This document shows positions 10,128 to 18,149 of a stretch of 64,000 nucleotides of DNA, piece by piece. The DNA is from an uncultured Spirochaetaceae bacterium. GTDB taxonomy: Bacteria > Spirochaetota > Spirochaetia > Sphaerochaetales > Sphaerochaetaceae. Position numbers and translations under genes: made by a program. The DNA lies in contig CALXYL010000007.1 in NCBI GenBank assembly GCA_944392985.1, positions 15,989 to 79,988 of the forward strand. The letters are read 5' to 3'. Positions within the stretch are counted from its first letter, which is position 1; every line of letters begins with the position of its first letter. The notes below the pieces were generated by a model that saw only the letters and a program-made list of their open reading frames with translations, was not told where the DNA came from and did not search any database.

Positions 10128-10814
10128 TTATAGCACCAGATTCCCGAACTCCGCCCAGGAGGAGAAAACGATGCCAGCTTTATTATATACCTCGCCTCTA
10201 CGTGCGATAAGAGCCGTGTGCATATGAGCATTCGCGGCCCCGTCAACATCCTTGCTGCGGCTGTCCCCGGTATAGAGCGCCTCCTCCGGACGGACACCCA
10301 AGGCTTCCAGCATCATCCGGAAAGGTCTCACGGAAGGCTTCAGCGCTCCAAAGTCCTCCGTGGAGGCAGCCCAGTCGATCAGATCCTCAATCCCAAGCGC
10401 GATCAGCTTTGTCCCGATAGGGAAATCCGAGAGAGCGGCAAGGATATACCCCTCTCCCTTTGCCTTCTCCAGAGTCTCCCTCAGTCCATCAAAGGGTCTT
10501 ATCGTTGAGAAAAGCCGTTCCCACGGGCGGCGGAAGATCCTCTCTTCCTTCGATATGAAATACGAGGCATCCCGCCCCGGGTACATCAGGCCGCTCTCCT
10601 TCTCCTGAAGCTCCTCCAGGCTGCTGCAGTCCCCCTCCGTGAAACCGACCTCCTTCCGGATCCGTTGCCTCATCGCGTTGTACCTGAGCGCAAACGGAAG
10701 ATGGAGCGCGGAAGCGATACCAAGGCGGAGCAGCATATCCCTCTTTGGATAGAACGTCCCATCTATATCAAAGCAGAGCGCCTTGATGCCGTGCTCAGAG
10801 GCGTATCCCATCAC
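10128..10814 (-). CDS. HAD-superfamily hydrolase
   Basis: Motif I is FDIDGTFYP. Motif IV-like sequence is YTGDSRSKDVDGA. It overlaps the der stop by 4 nt. Confidence 0.8.
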   Translation of the reverse strand: MMGYASEHGIKALCFDIDGTFYPKRDMLLRLGIASALHLPFALRYNAMRQRIRKEVGFTEGDCSSLEELQEKESGLMYPGRDASYFISKEERIFRRPWERLFSTIRPFDGLRETLEKAKGEGYILAALSDFPIGTKLIALGIEDLIDWAASTEDFGALKPSVRPFRMMLEALGVRPEEALYTGDSRSKDVDGAANAHMHTALIARRGEVYNKAGIVFSSWAEFGNLVL

Positions 10815-12364
10815 GACCTCCCGGCTCTTTTCTTCTGGCGGGAGTTGCGAACGATGCTCTCAGCCCTCTCACGGGCCTTGCCAGTCCTCGCCTTCCCTCC
10901 CGGCTTACGCGAAGTCCCCTTCGCGCCTTTCTTCGGGGCATTCGACGCCTTGATGACCCGCTGTATCTCAGCTTCCGCCTTCGTCGGCCCGTTATCATTG
11001 AGGCTTGGATTGCGCCGGCGCTCCCTAAGGGAAATCTCAATCGGGATGTACGTGAAGCCGAAATCACGGCGGATCATGTTCTTCAGGTAAGAGACATATG
11101 TATCAGGGAACGCGTGGATGCGATTTACGAAGAAGAGGAAGCGGACAGGGGAAGCGCTGACCTGCGTACCATAAAGCACCTTATAATGACCGGCACTGCC
11201 GCGGGGCGGCTCATTGTCTTTTGTCCATTCCTTCAGAGCCGCATTCAGCGCTGATGTGTCGACACGCTTCGTAAGCTGCTTCCATACGCTCCACACCATA
11301 TCCAGCAGCTTCCCTATATCAATGCCCTTCAGCGCCGATATAGGCATCAAAGGAGCGAAGGAAAGCACGGGGAAGAGGAAGCGCACACGATCCTTGATCG
11401 CATCGATCTCATTCGGGATACCCCGCAGGAGATCAGTCTTGTTGAGGACGATTATGACGCCCTTTCCACGGCGTACGATGAGATCCGCGATCTTCTTGTC
11501 CTGCTCCGTGATCCCTTCCTGTATATCAACCATCAGGAGGACAACATCCGCATCATCGATCGTCTTGATCGCCCTGTTCACAGAGTAATACTCAACATCC
11601 TCCTCCACCTTCGACTTGCGCCGGATGCCCGCCGTATCAAGAACGGTGTATTCCGTCCCCTTATAGATGAAAGTACCGCGCATGACATCACGCGTGGTGC
11701 CGGCAATCGGGCTCACAATTGAGATATCGCGGCCAGTAAGGAGGTTCATCAGCGTCGACTTACCGGTATTGGGCTTGCCAAGGATAGCCAGCTTTATCGT
11801 CTCCGGTTCCTCTGGCTCCTCTTCCTCCCTCTCCAGATCCAGCATGCCGAGAAGGGAATCCTCAAGCTCCTCGATACCACTGCCATGGGCGGCGGAGATA
11901 CCGACGACACGCTGGTAGCCATATGAGAAGAAATTCCACACAAGATCATCCCGCCTCGGGTCATCTACCTTGTTCACTGCCAGCACGACTTTGTCCGTAT
12001 AGGGCCTGAGACGCTCTACAAGCATCAGATCCTCCGCCGTGACCTCTGTACAGTCCATAAGGAAGATGATGGCATCACTCTGCTCAAGGAGGGAAAGGGA
12101 CTTATCCGTGACAGCATAATCGATGCCTTCCTTGTCCAGCTTCACTCCACCCGAATCAACAAGGGTCACAGCATTGTTGCCAAGAAGCCAGCGCTCAGGG
12201 ATGGGATCCCTTGTAACGCCTGGCGTCGGATCCGTGATCGCCCTCCTCTTTCCGATAAGGCGATTGAAGAGAGTGGACTTGCCCGCATTCGGCCGCCCTA
12301 TGATCGAGATAAGGGGAAGATCGGTAGCTATATCCGCTTTGTTCCTGATATCAAGTTTTTCCAT
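10811..12364 (-). CDS. der: Ribosome-biogenesis GTPase Der (EngA) with a long basic C-terminal tail
   Basis: Two G domains (GRPNAGKSTLFN and GKPNTGKSTLMN; DTAG; NKVD/NKTD) plus a KH-like domain. About 70 extra K/R-rich residues sit at the C-terminus. Confidence 0.93.
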   Translation of the reverse strand: MEKLDIRNKADIATDLPLISIIGRPNAGKSTLFNRLIGKRRAITDPTPGVTRDPIPERWLLGNNAVTLVDSGGVKLDKEGIDYAVTDKSLSLLEQSDAIIFLMDCTEVTAEDLMLVERLRPYTDKVVLAVNKVDDPRRDDLVWNFFSYGYQRVVGISAAHGSGIEELEDSLLGMLDLEREEEEPEEPETIKLAILGKPNTGKSTLMNLLTGRDISIVSPIAGTTRDVMRGTFIYKGTEYTVLDTAGIRRKSKVEEDVEYYSVNRAIKTIDDADVVLLMVDIQEGITEQDKKIADLIVRRGKGVIIVLNKTDLLRGIPNEIDAIKDRVRFLFPVLSFAPLMPISALKGIDIGKLLDMVWSVWKQLTKRVDTSALNAALKEWTKDNEPPRGSAGHYKVLYGTQVSASPVRFLFFVNRIHAFPDTYVSYLKNMIRRDFGFTYIPIEISLRERRRNPSLNDNGPTKAEAEIQRVIKASNAPKKGAKGTSRKPGGKARTGKARERAESIVRNSRQKKRAGRS

Positions 12365-14045
12365 TGTTGAATTCCTTTAGAGCCTTCTCTATCGAGGTGG
12401 CATCGGGAAGAGAGAGTATCCTATCGGCAAAATCGGCGCAACTCTCCCATTCAAGGCTCCTGATCCTCCTCCTTACCTCCAGCACGGAATGCGCTGTCAT
12501 GCTCAGCTCATCAAAGCCAAGCCCGACAAGAAGCGGGGCATACTCCGCCTGGCCTGCCATCTCCCCGCACACGGAGACTGTGACACCCTTTGCCTTCGCC
12601 GCGTCAACGACATACTTCAGCAGCCTTATGACAGCAGGATGCAGTGGCCTGTAGAGATGAGCAATCCTCTCGTTGCCTCTGTCGACAGCAATCGTGTACT
12701 GGACAAGGTCATTCGTGCCGATGGACATGAAATCAACATGATCTGCGAGGATATCAGCAGTGATGGCAGCAGAAGGCGTCTCTATCATCGTGCCGATCTT
12801 CATGTTCTCATCGAACGCAATGCCCTCCTTCCTGCAATCTGCCTTCACCTCCTCTAGGTAATCAAGAACCTCCAGAAGCTCCTCCGATCCAGATATCATC
12901 GGGAACATCAGGCGGACGGAGGGGGAAAGTGCCGATGCCTTGAGTATTGATACAAGCTGTGAACGGAAAAGATCCTTCCTCTCCATACAGAACCGTACGG
13001 CGCGCCACCCAAGGACAGGGTTCTCCTCCTCCCTGGCCATCCCATCAGCCATCTTGTCCCCGCCAAGGTCATATGTCCTGAATGTTACCGGGCCATATCC
13101 CCCCATCGCACTGGCAGCCTTTCCGTAGACCTCATCATCGCCATGGAATCCATGGAGCACAAGGAACTCTGTCCTGAAGAGCCCGATTCCCTCAGCCCCA
13201 GCCGCGATAGCGCCATCAATGCCTTCCAGTCCCTCGACATTGCACATGAGATGGATCCTGTGCCCGTCAAGCGTCACCGCAGGAAGCGTTGCCTCCTTCT
13301 TCAGTTCCTTCTCATTGCGCAGCGCAATGCCCTTACGCGCACGGAAGCTCCGTATGGTCTTTTCATCAGGATCGATGATGGCAATCCCATCCCTGGCATC
13401 CATGGCAACAGTAGCACCATCCTCCGTTTCCCCCGAGAAACTCCCAAGTCCCAATATGGCAGGAATCTCATCAGAATGCGCAAGGATAGCGATATGGCTT
13501 GTCTGGCTTCCTGAATCAAGAAGAAGGCCCAGAACACAGCTCCTGTCCATCTGCATCAGCTCTGATGGCAGAAGGTAATCAGCAACGATGATCGAAGGCT
13601 CTGCCAGGGTTATCGACGAGGAAATGCCGGCAATCGCAGAAAGAAGCCGGTTCTCCGCATCCTTTATATCCGAGATGCGCTCAGCAAAATACGCATCCCC
13701 CAGCGCCGCGAGCGCTGCAGTGTATTTCTCTGTCGCAGCCTCCACAGCCCAGGAAGCAGTGTACCTGCCCCTCGTGATGTTATCACGGATAAGCGAAAGG
13801 TAATCAGGATCGGAAAGCATGCTCTCATAGACAGAGAGGATATCCGCATCCTCCTTGGTGGAAGGCTTGATCGCATGGAGATCATCCAGCACGCTGCTGC
13901 GTGCTTCCTCGAATGCCATCTTCTCCATCTCAGGATCATCGGAAAGGCGATGCTCCACATCAAGCGGCGTATGGCGGAACACAGCCGCCTTCGCAACAAC
14001 AACACCTGGAAATACCCCTATACCGCTTCTGCTTATCATCAGCAT
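12351..14045 (-). CDS. ptsI: PEP-protein phosphotransferase (PTS enzyme I)
   Basis: 564 aa. Phospho-His region is GSQTSHIAILA. PEP-utilising motifs are LGGDK, FMSIGTNDLVQYT and SVCGEMAG. Confidence 0.92.
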   Translation of the reverse strand: MLMISRSGIGVFPGVVVAKAAVFRHTPLDVEHRLSDDPEMEKMAFEEARSSVLDDLHAIKPSTKEDADILSVYESMLSDPDYLSLIRDNITRGRYTASWAVEAATEKYTAALAALGDAYFAERISDIKDAENRLLSAIAGISSSITLAEPSIIVADYLLPSELMQMDRSCVLGLLLDSGSQTSHIAILAHSDEIPAILGLGSFSGETEDGATVAMDARDGIAIIDPDEKTIRSFRARKGIALRNEKELKKEATLPAVTLDGHRIHLMCNVEGLEGIDGAIAAGAEGIGLFRTEFLVLHGFHGDDEVYGKAASAMGGYGPVTFRTYDLGGDKMADGMAREEENPVLGWRAVRFCMERKDLFRSQLVSILKASALSPSVRLMFPMISGSEELLEVLDYLEEVKADCRKEGIAFDENMKIGTMIETPSAAITADILADHVDFMSIGTNDLVQYTIAVDRGNERIAHLYRPLHPAVIRLLKYVVDAAKAKGVTVSVCGEMAGQAEYAPLLVGLGFDELSMTAHSVLEVRRRIRSLEWESCADFADRILSLPDATSIEKALKEFNNGKT

Positions 14046-14081
14046 CCATCATCGCACAATTCAGGAAGATTGAGAAATACC

Positions 14082-14113
14082 AAAAAAGAGGGCATCCCAT
14101 ATGGAACACCCTC
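14082..14113 (-). terminator. Rho-independent terminator, copy 1 of a repeated hairpin
   Basis: Minus strand reads GAGGGTGTTCC-ATAT-GGGATGCCCTC followed by TTTTTT. The stem is 11 bp with 3 G-U pairs, so it forms only in the minus-strand RNA. It lies 70 nt after the stop at 14183. Confidence 0.7.
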
Positions 14114-14182
14114 TCCTTCACTGTGCTTATCTTCAAAGCCCCCTCTGCATTCAGATTGCAGAGAGCTCTGAAGGCATTGGAA

Positions 14183-15037
14183 TCAGCCTTCTGTACCAGC
14201 AGCCGCTGTCGCAGTTACATGCACATTAAGCGTGAATGTACCCTTGTAAGCTGCGGTGCTATCAAGAACTGTATATTCCTTGACCAAGGTCTTGTCCGTA
14301 TTTTCAAGAGGCTGCTTATATGGAACAGGGTATGTGCCGAAATCAGCAGCATCCTTGGTCAGGATAGAGATTCCTGTAACCGCATCGTTTTCCTTTGTGA
14401 CGACATAAACAAGATCTCCAGCCGCAGAGTCATCATAATCATACGAAAGAAGCGTAGTCGAATCCGTGCACTTGACTGTATATACACCATCTTCTACGAT
14501 CAGAGCGGCATCGCCATATTTCACATCTTTCGCACTGAGAGGCTTTGTTTCTGCTGAAATCACCGCATATCCATCATATTCCATTCCATTGACCTCAACA
14601 GACGTACCAGCAAGGATCGAGAACAGCAGGGCAGCCTTGTTGACCATAAGATTGCCATCCTCCATCTTCCATGCCTTCTCCCTATAGAAAACGTTCATAC
14701 CAATGGATACAGCCATCGCATCGTCATCTTCTGCATACTCATGCCCAAGAAGCGTAACACTCGTTACATTCTCTGCTGCTCCAAGATTGACGTACATGTC
14801 ACTGATTGTGGAAACAGCCTCTGTGATTTTGTCTGCACCAACATAATCGGCTTTGCCATCATTGGAATTTGCGACCTTGTTATGTACAGAAACAAAGTCC
14901 TTGAGGAATGCTGTCATCTCAGTATTGACTTCAGCCACATCCCTCTGATCAAGGGCCGGCACAGCAGTTGAATCATCGCATGCCGCAAACATAAACAGCA
15001 TCATTACCGCAATAAGCATAGAAAGGATTCTCTTCAT
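14183..15037 (-). CDS. Putative lipoprotein (284 aa), unknown function
   Basis: Signal peptide plus lipobox: MKRILSMLIAVMMLFMFAAC. A GGAGG SD lies upstream of the ATG. No recognisable catalytic motif. Confidence 0.75.
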   Translation of the reverse strand: MKRILSMLIAVMMLFMFAACDDSTAVPALDQRDVAEVNTEMTAFLKDFVSVHNKVANSNDGKADYVGADKITEAVSTISDMYVNLGAAENVTSVTLLGHEYAEDDDAMAVSIGMNVFYREKAWKMEDGNLMVNKAALLFSILAGTSVEVNGMEYDGYAVISAETKPLSAKDVKYGDAALIVEDGVYTVKCTDSTTLLSYDYDDSAAGDLVYVVTKENDAVTGISILTKDAADFGTYPVPYKQPLENTDKTLVKEYTVLDSTAAYKGTFTLNVHVTATAAAGTEG

Positions 15038-15068
15038 TCTTTACCTCCAGGAAAACAATCCTTTTCAA

Positions 15069-15100
15069 AGTTTACCCCCCCCCCGGTAGCTTATCGTCAA
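15069..15100 (-). promoter_or_regulatory. Promoter cassette with a G10 tract in the -35/-10 spacer
   Basis: Minus strand reads TTGACG (15100-15095), ATAAGCTACC, G10, then TAAACT (15074-15069). The spacer is 20 nt. The SD and ATG at 15037 follow about 30 nt later. Confidence 0.55.
15075..15084 (-). repeat. Homopolymeric G10 tract (C10 on the + strand)
   Basis: Counted directly: tttaCCCCCCCCCCggtagc. Confidence 0.9.
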
Positions 15101-15132
15101 GGGAAATCAACCACTTATTCCCTAGAATAATC

Positions 15133-15163
15133 AAAAGAGGGCATCCCAAAAGGAACACCCTCT
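15133..15163 (-). terminator. Rho-independent terminator, copy 2 of the repeated hairpin
   Basis: Minus strand reads GAGGGTGTTCC-TTTT-GGGATGCCCTC followed by TTTT, about 20 nt after the stop at 15183. Confidence 0.7.
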
Positions 15164-15182
15164 CATTGAGCTATGCAATTAA

Positions 15183-16619
15183 TTACAGCCTTGATACGGA
15201 ATACATCTGCCGCACATCCATCTGATCATTGGAAAGGAGGCTGCTTTCTTTGTTCTCATGATTCCATCTGAATGTACCAATAGCATTGCCTGCAGTCTGT
15301 GCCGTGTAGATTATGTCCCCATTACCGCTTACGAAAAGTGAACCATCAAGAAGAGGGTGCTCAACCGTAATTGTCGTTATCTCTTTGGCATTGAAATCCG
15401 CCATATAGATTACTTTCTCGCCTTCATTTCCCCAATACACCGCTTCATCCGTGATCTCAGCAGTTGAGAGGGAAGGGAATTCACTTCCATCCGTGAGCCT
15501 CATCGTCCTTATGTTGCTGATACTTCCTTCTTCATCTACATCAACAACGGAAAGAAGGGGTTCAACATAGCGATTCTCAGCCCTTATAAGTGTTGTGGTA
15601 TCACCATTGAAAACAGATACACCGGAATTCTTGTTGTAGTCATGTTCTTCGTTATGTTCTTCTCCCGGCTTCTCCTCAATCAGCGCATACTCTCCCTCAC
15701 CAGATACAGATACACTCATACCCTCATCTATCACCAGTTTGTATATCCTGAATCCATAATTTCCATCTGACATTTCCAGCTCACGGGCAAAGAGATTTCC
15801 ACCTACACGGAAGATCATGTTATCAAGAGGAGAACCAGGCTCAAATACGGTTTTCTTTTCCACATTCTTTCCTGTAGCGTCATACACCATCAGATATTGC
15901 TCTTTCGGTTCATCTTCCTTAAAATCCTCCGATGATTTGATGAAAACGATATAATCATCGGTATAGACCTCTGCACGTCCTTCTATTGGAGCACGCTCAT
16001 GATTCACCGCAGTCATATTTGACGGGCTGTCTTTGAGGAACGTCCTGAGCACTCCATCCTTGTCGAGAAGATAGACCCTATTATCTGAATAGGCGATAGC
16101 TCCATCCGCAGGCTCATCATAAAAGACAAGGAAGTCATCCCCGCTGTCCGCAGAGAACGGCTCATTCACGAGATAAGCCTCCCCTCTTTCCAAATCTATG
16201 AAAGCCGCATTATCATCACGATCAACATCCACGATATCAAGGGACAGCCCTCCAGGGATGAACACAGGAATGCTTTTTACCCTGACAAGCCTGTCAAAGA
16301 CACAGAGGAAGGTATTGCCTCCTGTCTGGTGGATCGTGACAGAACCATCAGAAGAACCCATTATGACAAAGCTGTTGCCTGAGCGGAATACAATCGGAGA
16401 AAAGCCACCATCGGCAGTATACGAAAGATACTCCTCCACATCATCAGATACCGCTCTTGAACCACTCTGGAAACCCGATGATGCAATCTCATTGATCGCA
16501 CTGGCATCTTCCACAGACAGTGACTGCCTGATCTCTTCAGCAACGGTATCATCAGATTCCGGAACCTGACATGAAGAAAGAACCAGCGGGATAAGAAGGA
16601 AAAGCAACAACCTTACCAT
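15183..16619 (-). CDS. Putative lipoprotein (~478 aa), unknown function
   Basis: The track ORF starts at a TTG (16637). The ATG at 16619 has a GGAGGG SD and gives MVRLLLFLLIPLVLSSC (signal peptide plus lipobox). Confidence 0.75.
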   Translation of the reverse strand: MVRLLLFLLIPLVLSSCQVPESDDTVAEEIRQSLSVEDASAINEIASSGFQSGSRAVSDDVEEYLSYTADGGFSPIVFRSGNSFVIMGSSDGSVTIHQTGGNTFLCVFDRLVRVKSIPVFIPGGLSLDIVDVDRDDNAAFIDLERGEAYLVNEPFSADSGDDFLVFYDEPADGAIAYSDNRVYLLDKDGVLRTFLKDSPSNMTAVNHERAPIEGRAEVYTDDYIVFIKSSEDFKEDEPKEQYLMVYDATGKNVEKKTVFEPGSPLDNMIFRVGGNLFARELEMSDGNYGFRIYKLVIDEGMSVSVSGEGEYALIEEKPGEEHNEEHDYNKNSGVSVFNGDTTTLIRAENRYVEPLLSVVDVDEEGSISNIRTMRLTDGSEFPSLSTAEITDEAVYWGNEGEKVIYMADFNAKEITTITVEHPLLDGSLFVSGNGDIIYTAQTAGNAIGTFRWNHENKESSLLSNDQMDVRQMYSVSRL

Positions 16620-16646
16620 TGAGAGAGCCCTCCGCAACTCCCCTGA

Positions 16647-16676
16647 ATGCTACCCCCCCCCGTGGAAAATCGTCAA
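16647..16676 (-). promoter_or_regulatory. Promoter cassette with a G9 tract in the -35/-10 spacer
   Basis: Minus strand reads TTGACG (16676-16671), ATTTTCCAC, G9, then TAGCAT (16652-16647). The spacer is 18 nt. Confidence 0.5.
16653..16661 (-). repeat. Homopolymeric G9 tract (C9 on the + strand)
   Basis: Counted directly: gctaCCCCCCCCCgtgg. Confidence 0.9.
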
Positions 16677-16688
16677 GAAGTGGCTATC

Positions 16689-16720
16689 AAAAAAGAGGGC
16701 ATCCCATAAGGAACACCCTC
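16689..16720 (-). terminator. Rho-independent terminator, copy 3 of the repeated hairpin
   Basis: Minus strand reads GAGGGTGTTCC-TTAT-GGGATGCCCTC followed by TTTTTT, 66 nt after the stop at 16786. Confidence 0.7.
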
Positions 16721-16785
16721 TCCATTGAACCTGCCTCCAAAACATTCCCTGCATTCAAGCAGCAGAGAGTTCTGGATGCAATGTC

Positions 16786-17538
16786 TTAGGCAGGATCAGT
16801 CTCAGTAACAACTGGCCTTACCTCAATGCCAGAATCCTTATATGCTTCCCTTACATCCGCAATATCGGCACCTGCGACATTGGAGAAATCAATATTGGCC
16901 TTATCCCAGTTCTCTGTTGCAACAAGCTGGAGGCCAACAAGGTTCTCTGCAGCCACATCAGCACCAAATACGATACCACTGTTGAACTTGACGACATTCA
17001 GGGACACATCCGAAGCATTCACATAAATCGGAGTATAGCAATCTGTGAACTCACAGTTCTCTACTTTTCCACCTGTTGAAAGGTTGAGACCGATTGTAAC
17101 AGAAGCATCAAGTCCTTCATTCTCAGTTGACCAGGTTTCACCCTTGATTGCGCTGTCTTTGAATGTGAATCCTGTTGCACCGACATTGCCAGCTTCAATA
17201 AGATAAACACCGGTAGCCTTAACATCAAACTTCACATTGGAAATTGTGACATTTGAAGCTGTGACATTGATGAGATAGCTTGTTCCAAGATCAGCGGGCT
17301 TCTTGTTGACAATCATTGAGTGATCATTGCCATTGATTGTCAGACCTTCGACATCAAGTTCGAGCTTATCAGTGATCTCAATATCAGCAGCAAGGGAAAT
17401 ATCTGTCTCACCAGCCTCAATCTTCTCAACGAGCTCATCATAGCTCTTTACGCCTTCTGTTTCACTGGCATTTGGGTCACATGCAGTGAATGCGAAAAGC
17501 ATCAGAGCAGCAAGAAGCAGGATAGAAATCTTCTTCAT
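16786..17538 (-). CDS. Putative lipoprotein (250 aa) with parallel beta-helix-like repeats
   Basis: Signal peptide plus lipobox: MKKISILLLAALMLFAFTAC. Repetitive turns include NVTASNVTISNVKF, GKVENCEFTDC and ASDVSLNVVKF. An AGGAGG SD is present. Confidence 0.75.
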   Translation of the reverse strand: MKKISILLLAALMLFAFTACDPNASETEGVKSYDELVEKIEAGETDISLAADIEITDKLELDVEGLTINGNDHSMIVNKKPADLGTSYLINVTASNVTISNVKFDVKATGVYLIEAGNVGATGFTFKDSAIKGETWSTENEGLDASVTIGLNLSTGGKVENCEFTDCYTPIYVNASDVSLNVVKFNSGIVFGADVAAENLVGLQLVATENWDKANIDFSNVAGADIADVREAYKDSGIEVRPVVTETDPA

Positions 17539-17566
17539 AATGTCCTCCTAAATGATTTCTCCCTAA

Positions 17567-17597
17567 ACTTTACCCCCCCCCGGTAGCTTGTCGTCAA
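17567..17597 (-). promoter_or_regulatory. Promoter cassette with a G9 tract in the -35/-10 spacer
   Basis: Minus strand reads TTGACG (17597-17592), ACAAGCTACC, G9, then TAAAGT (17572-17567). The spacer is 19 nt. It is nearly identical to the cassette at 15069-15100. Confidence 0.55.
17573..17581 (-). repeat. Homopolymeric G9 tract (C9 on the + strand)
   Basis: Counted directly: ctttaCCCCCCCCCggtagc. Confidence 0.9.
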
Positions 17598-17648
17598 GAG
17601 AAAATCCACCCGTTGAGCACATCTGCTGCAAGCAGTAGAATACGGGCT

Positions 17649-18149
17649 ATGGTAAAGCAGAAAAGGAAGGGGGATGCATTGCCTAAGGTAATCCTTGCTG
17701 CCCTCTTTGCTCTTATTATCGCATCTGCAGCCGCCATTGTCGCTGTGCGTCTGCCATATGTCCGCTCCTATCTGAGGCTGGATGAGCACATCGCGTTATG
17801 GAAGGAAGGGCCTGACCAAGGGGCGATGATCAGGGTTCCCCGCATTGTCTATACAGCAGACGGAGAAGAGGCTGTAGAGGATGTCACGCTTCCATCATTC
17901 GGACGTGATATACTCCACCTCAGCGCTGAAGCAGCCCTTATCCCAGCGGGAGAAGGCTTTGTATCATATATTCCAGATGGGACAAAACTGATAGGCATCT
18001 CAGAAAGGGATGGATATATCTACATCAACCTTACTGATGAAATACGCGATGCAGACAGGATGGCCTTCAAGGAAATAGAGAGGACTCTCGCCCTCTCGGT
18101 TGATTTCATTGAGATCAGATTCATGATCAACGGGAAGCTCATCGGGTAA
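17649..18149 (+). CDS. Membrane-anchored GerMN-like domain protein
   Basis: The track ORF begins at a TTG (17613). The ATG at 17649 gives MVKQKRKGD plus a TM helix (VILAALFALIIASAAAIVAV). GerM-like pattern: LIPAGEGFVSYIPDGTKLIGISERDGYIYINLTDEI...IEIRFMINGK. Confidence 0.6.
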   Translation: MVKQKRKGDALPKVILAALFALIIASAAAIVAVRLPYVRSYLRLDEHIALWKEGPDQGAMIRVPRIVYTADGEEAVEDVTLPSFGRDILHLSAEAALIPAGEGFVSYIPDGTKLIGISERDGYIYINLTDEIRDADRMAFKEIERTLALSVDFIEIRFMINGKLIG

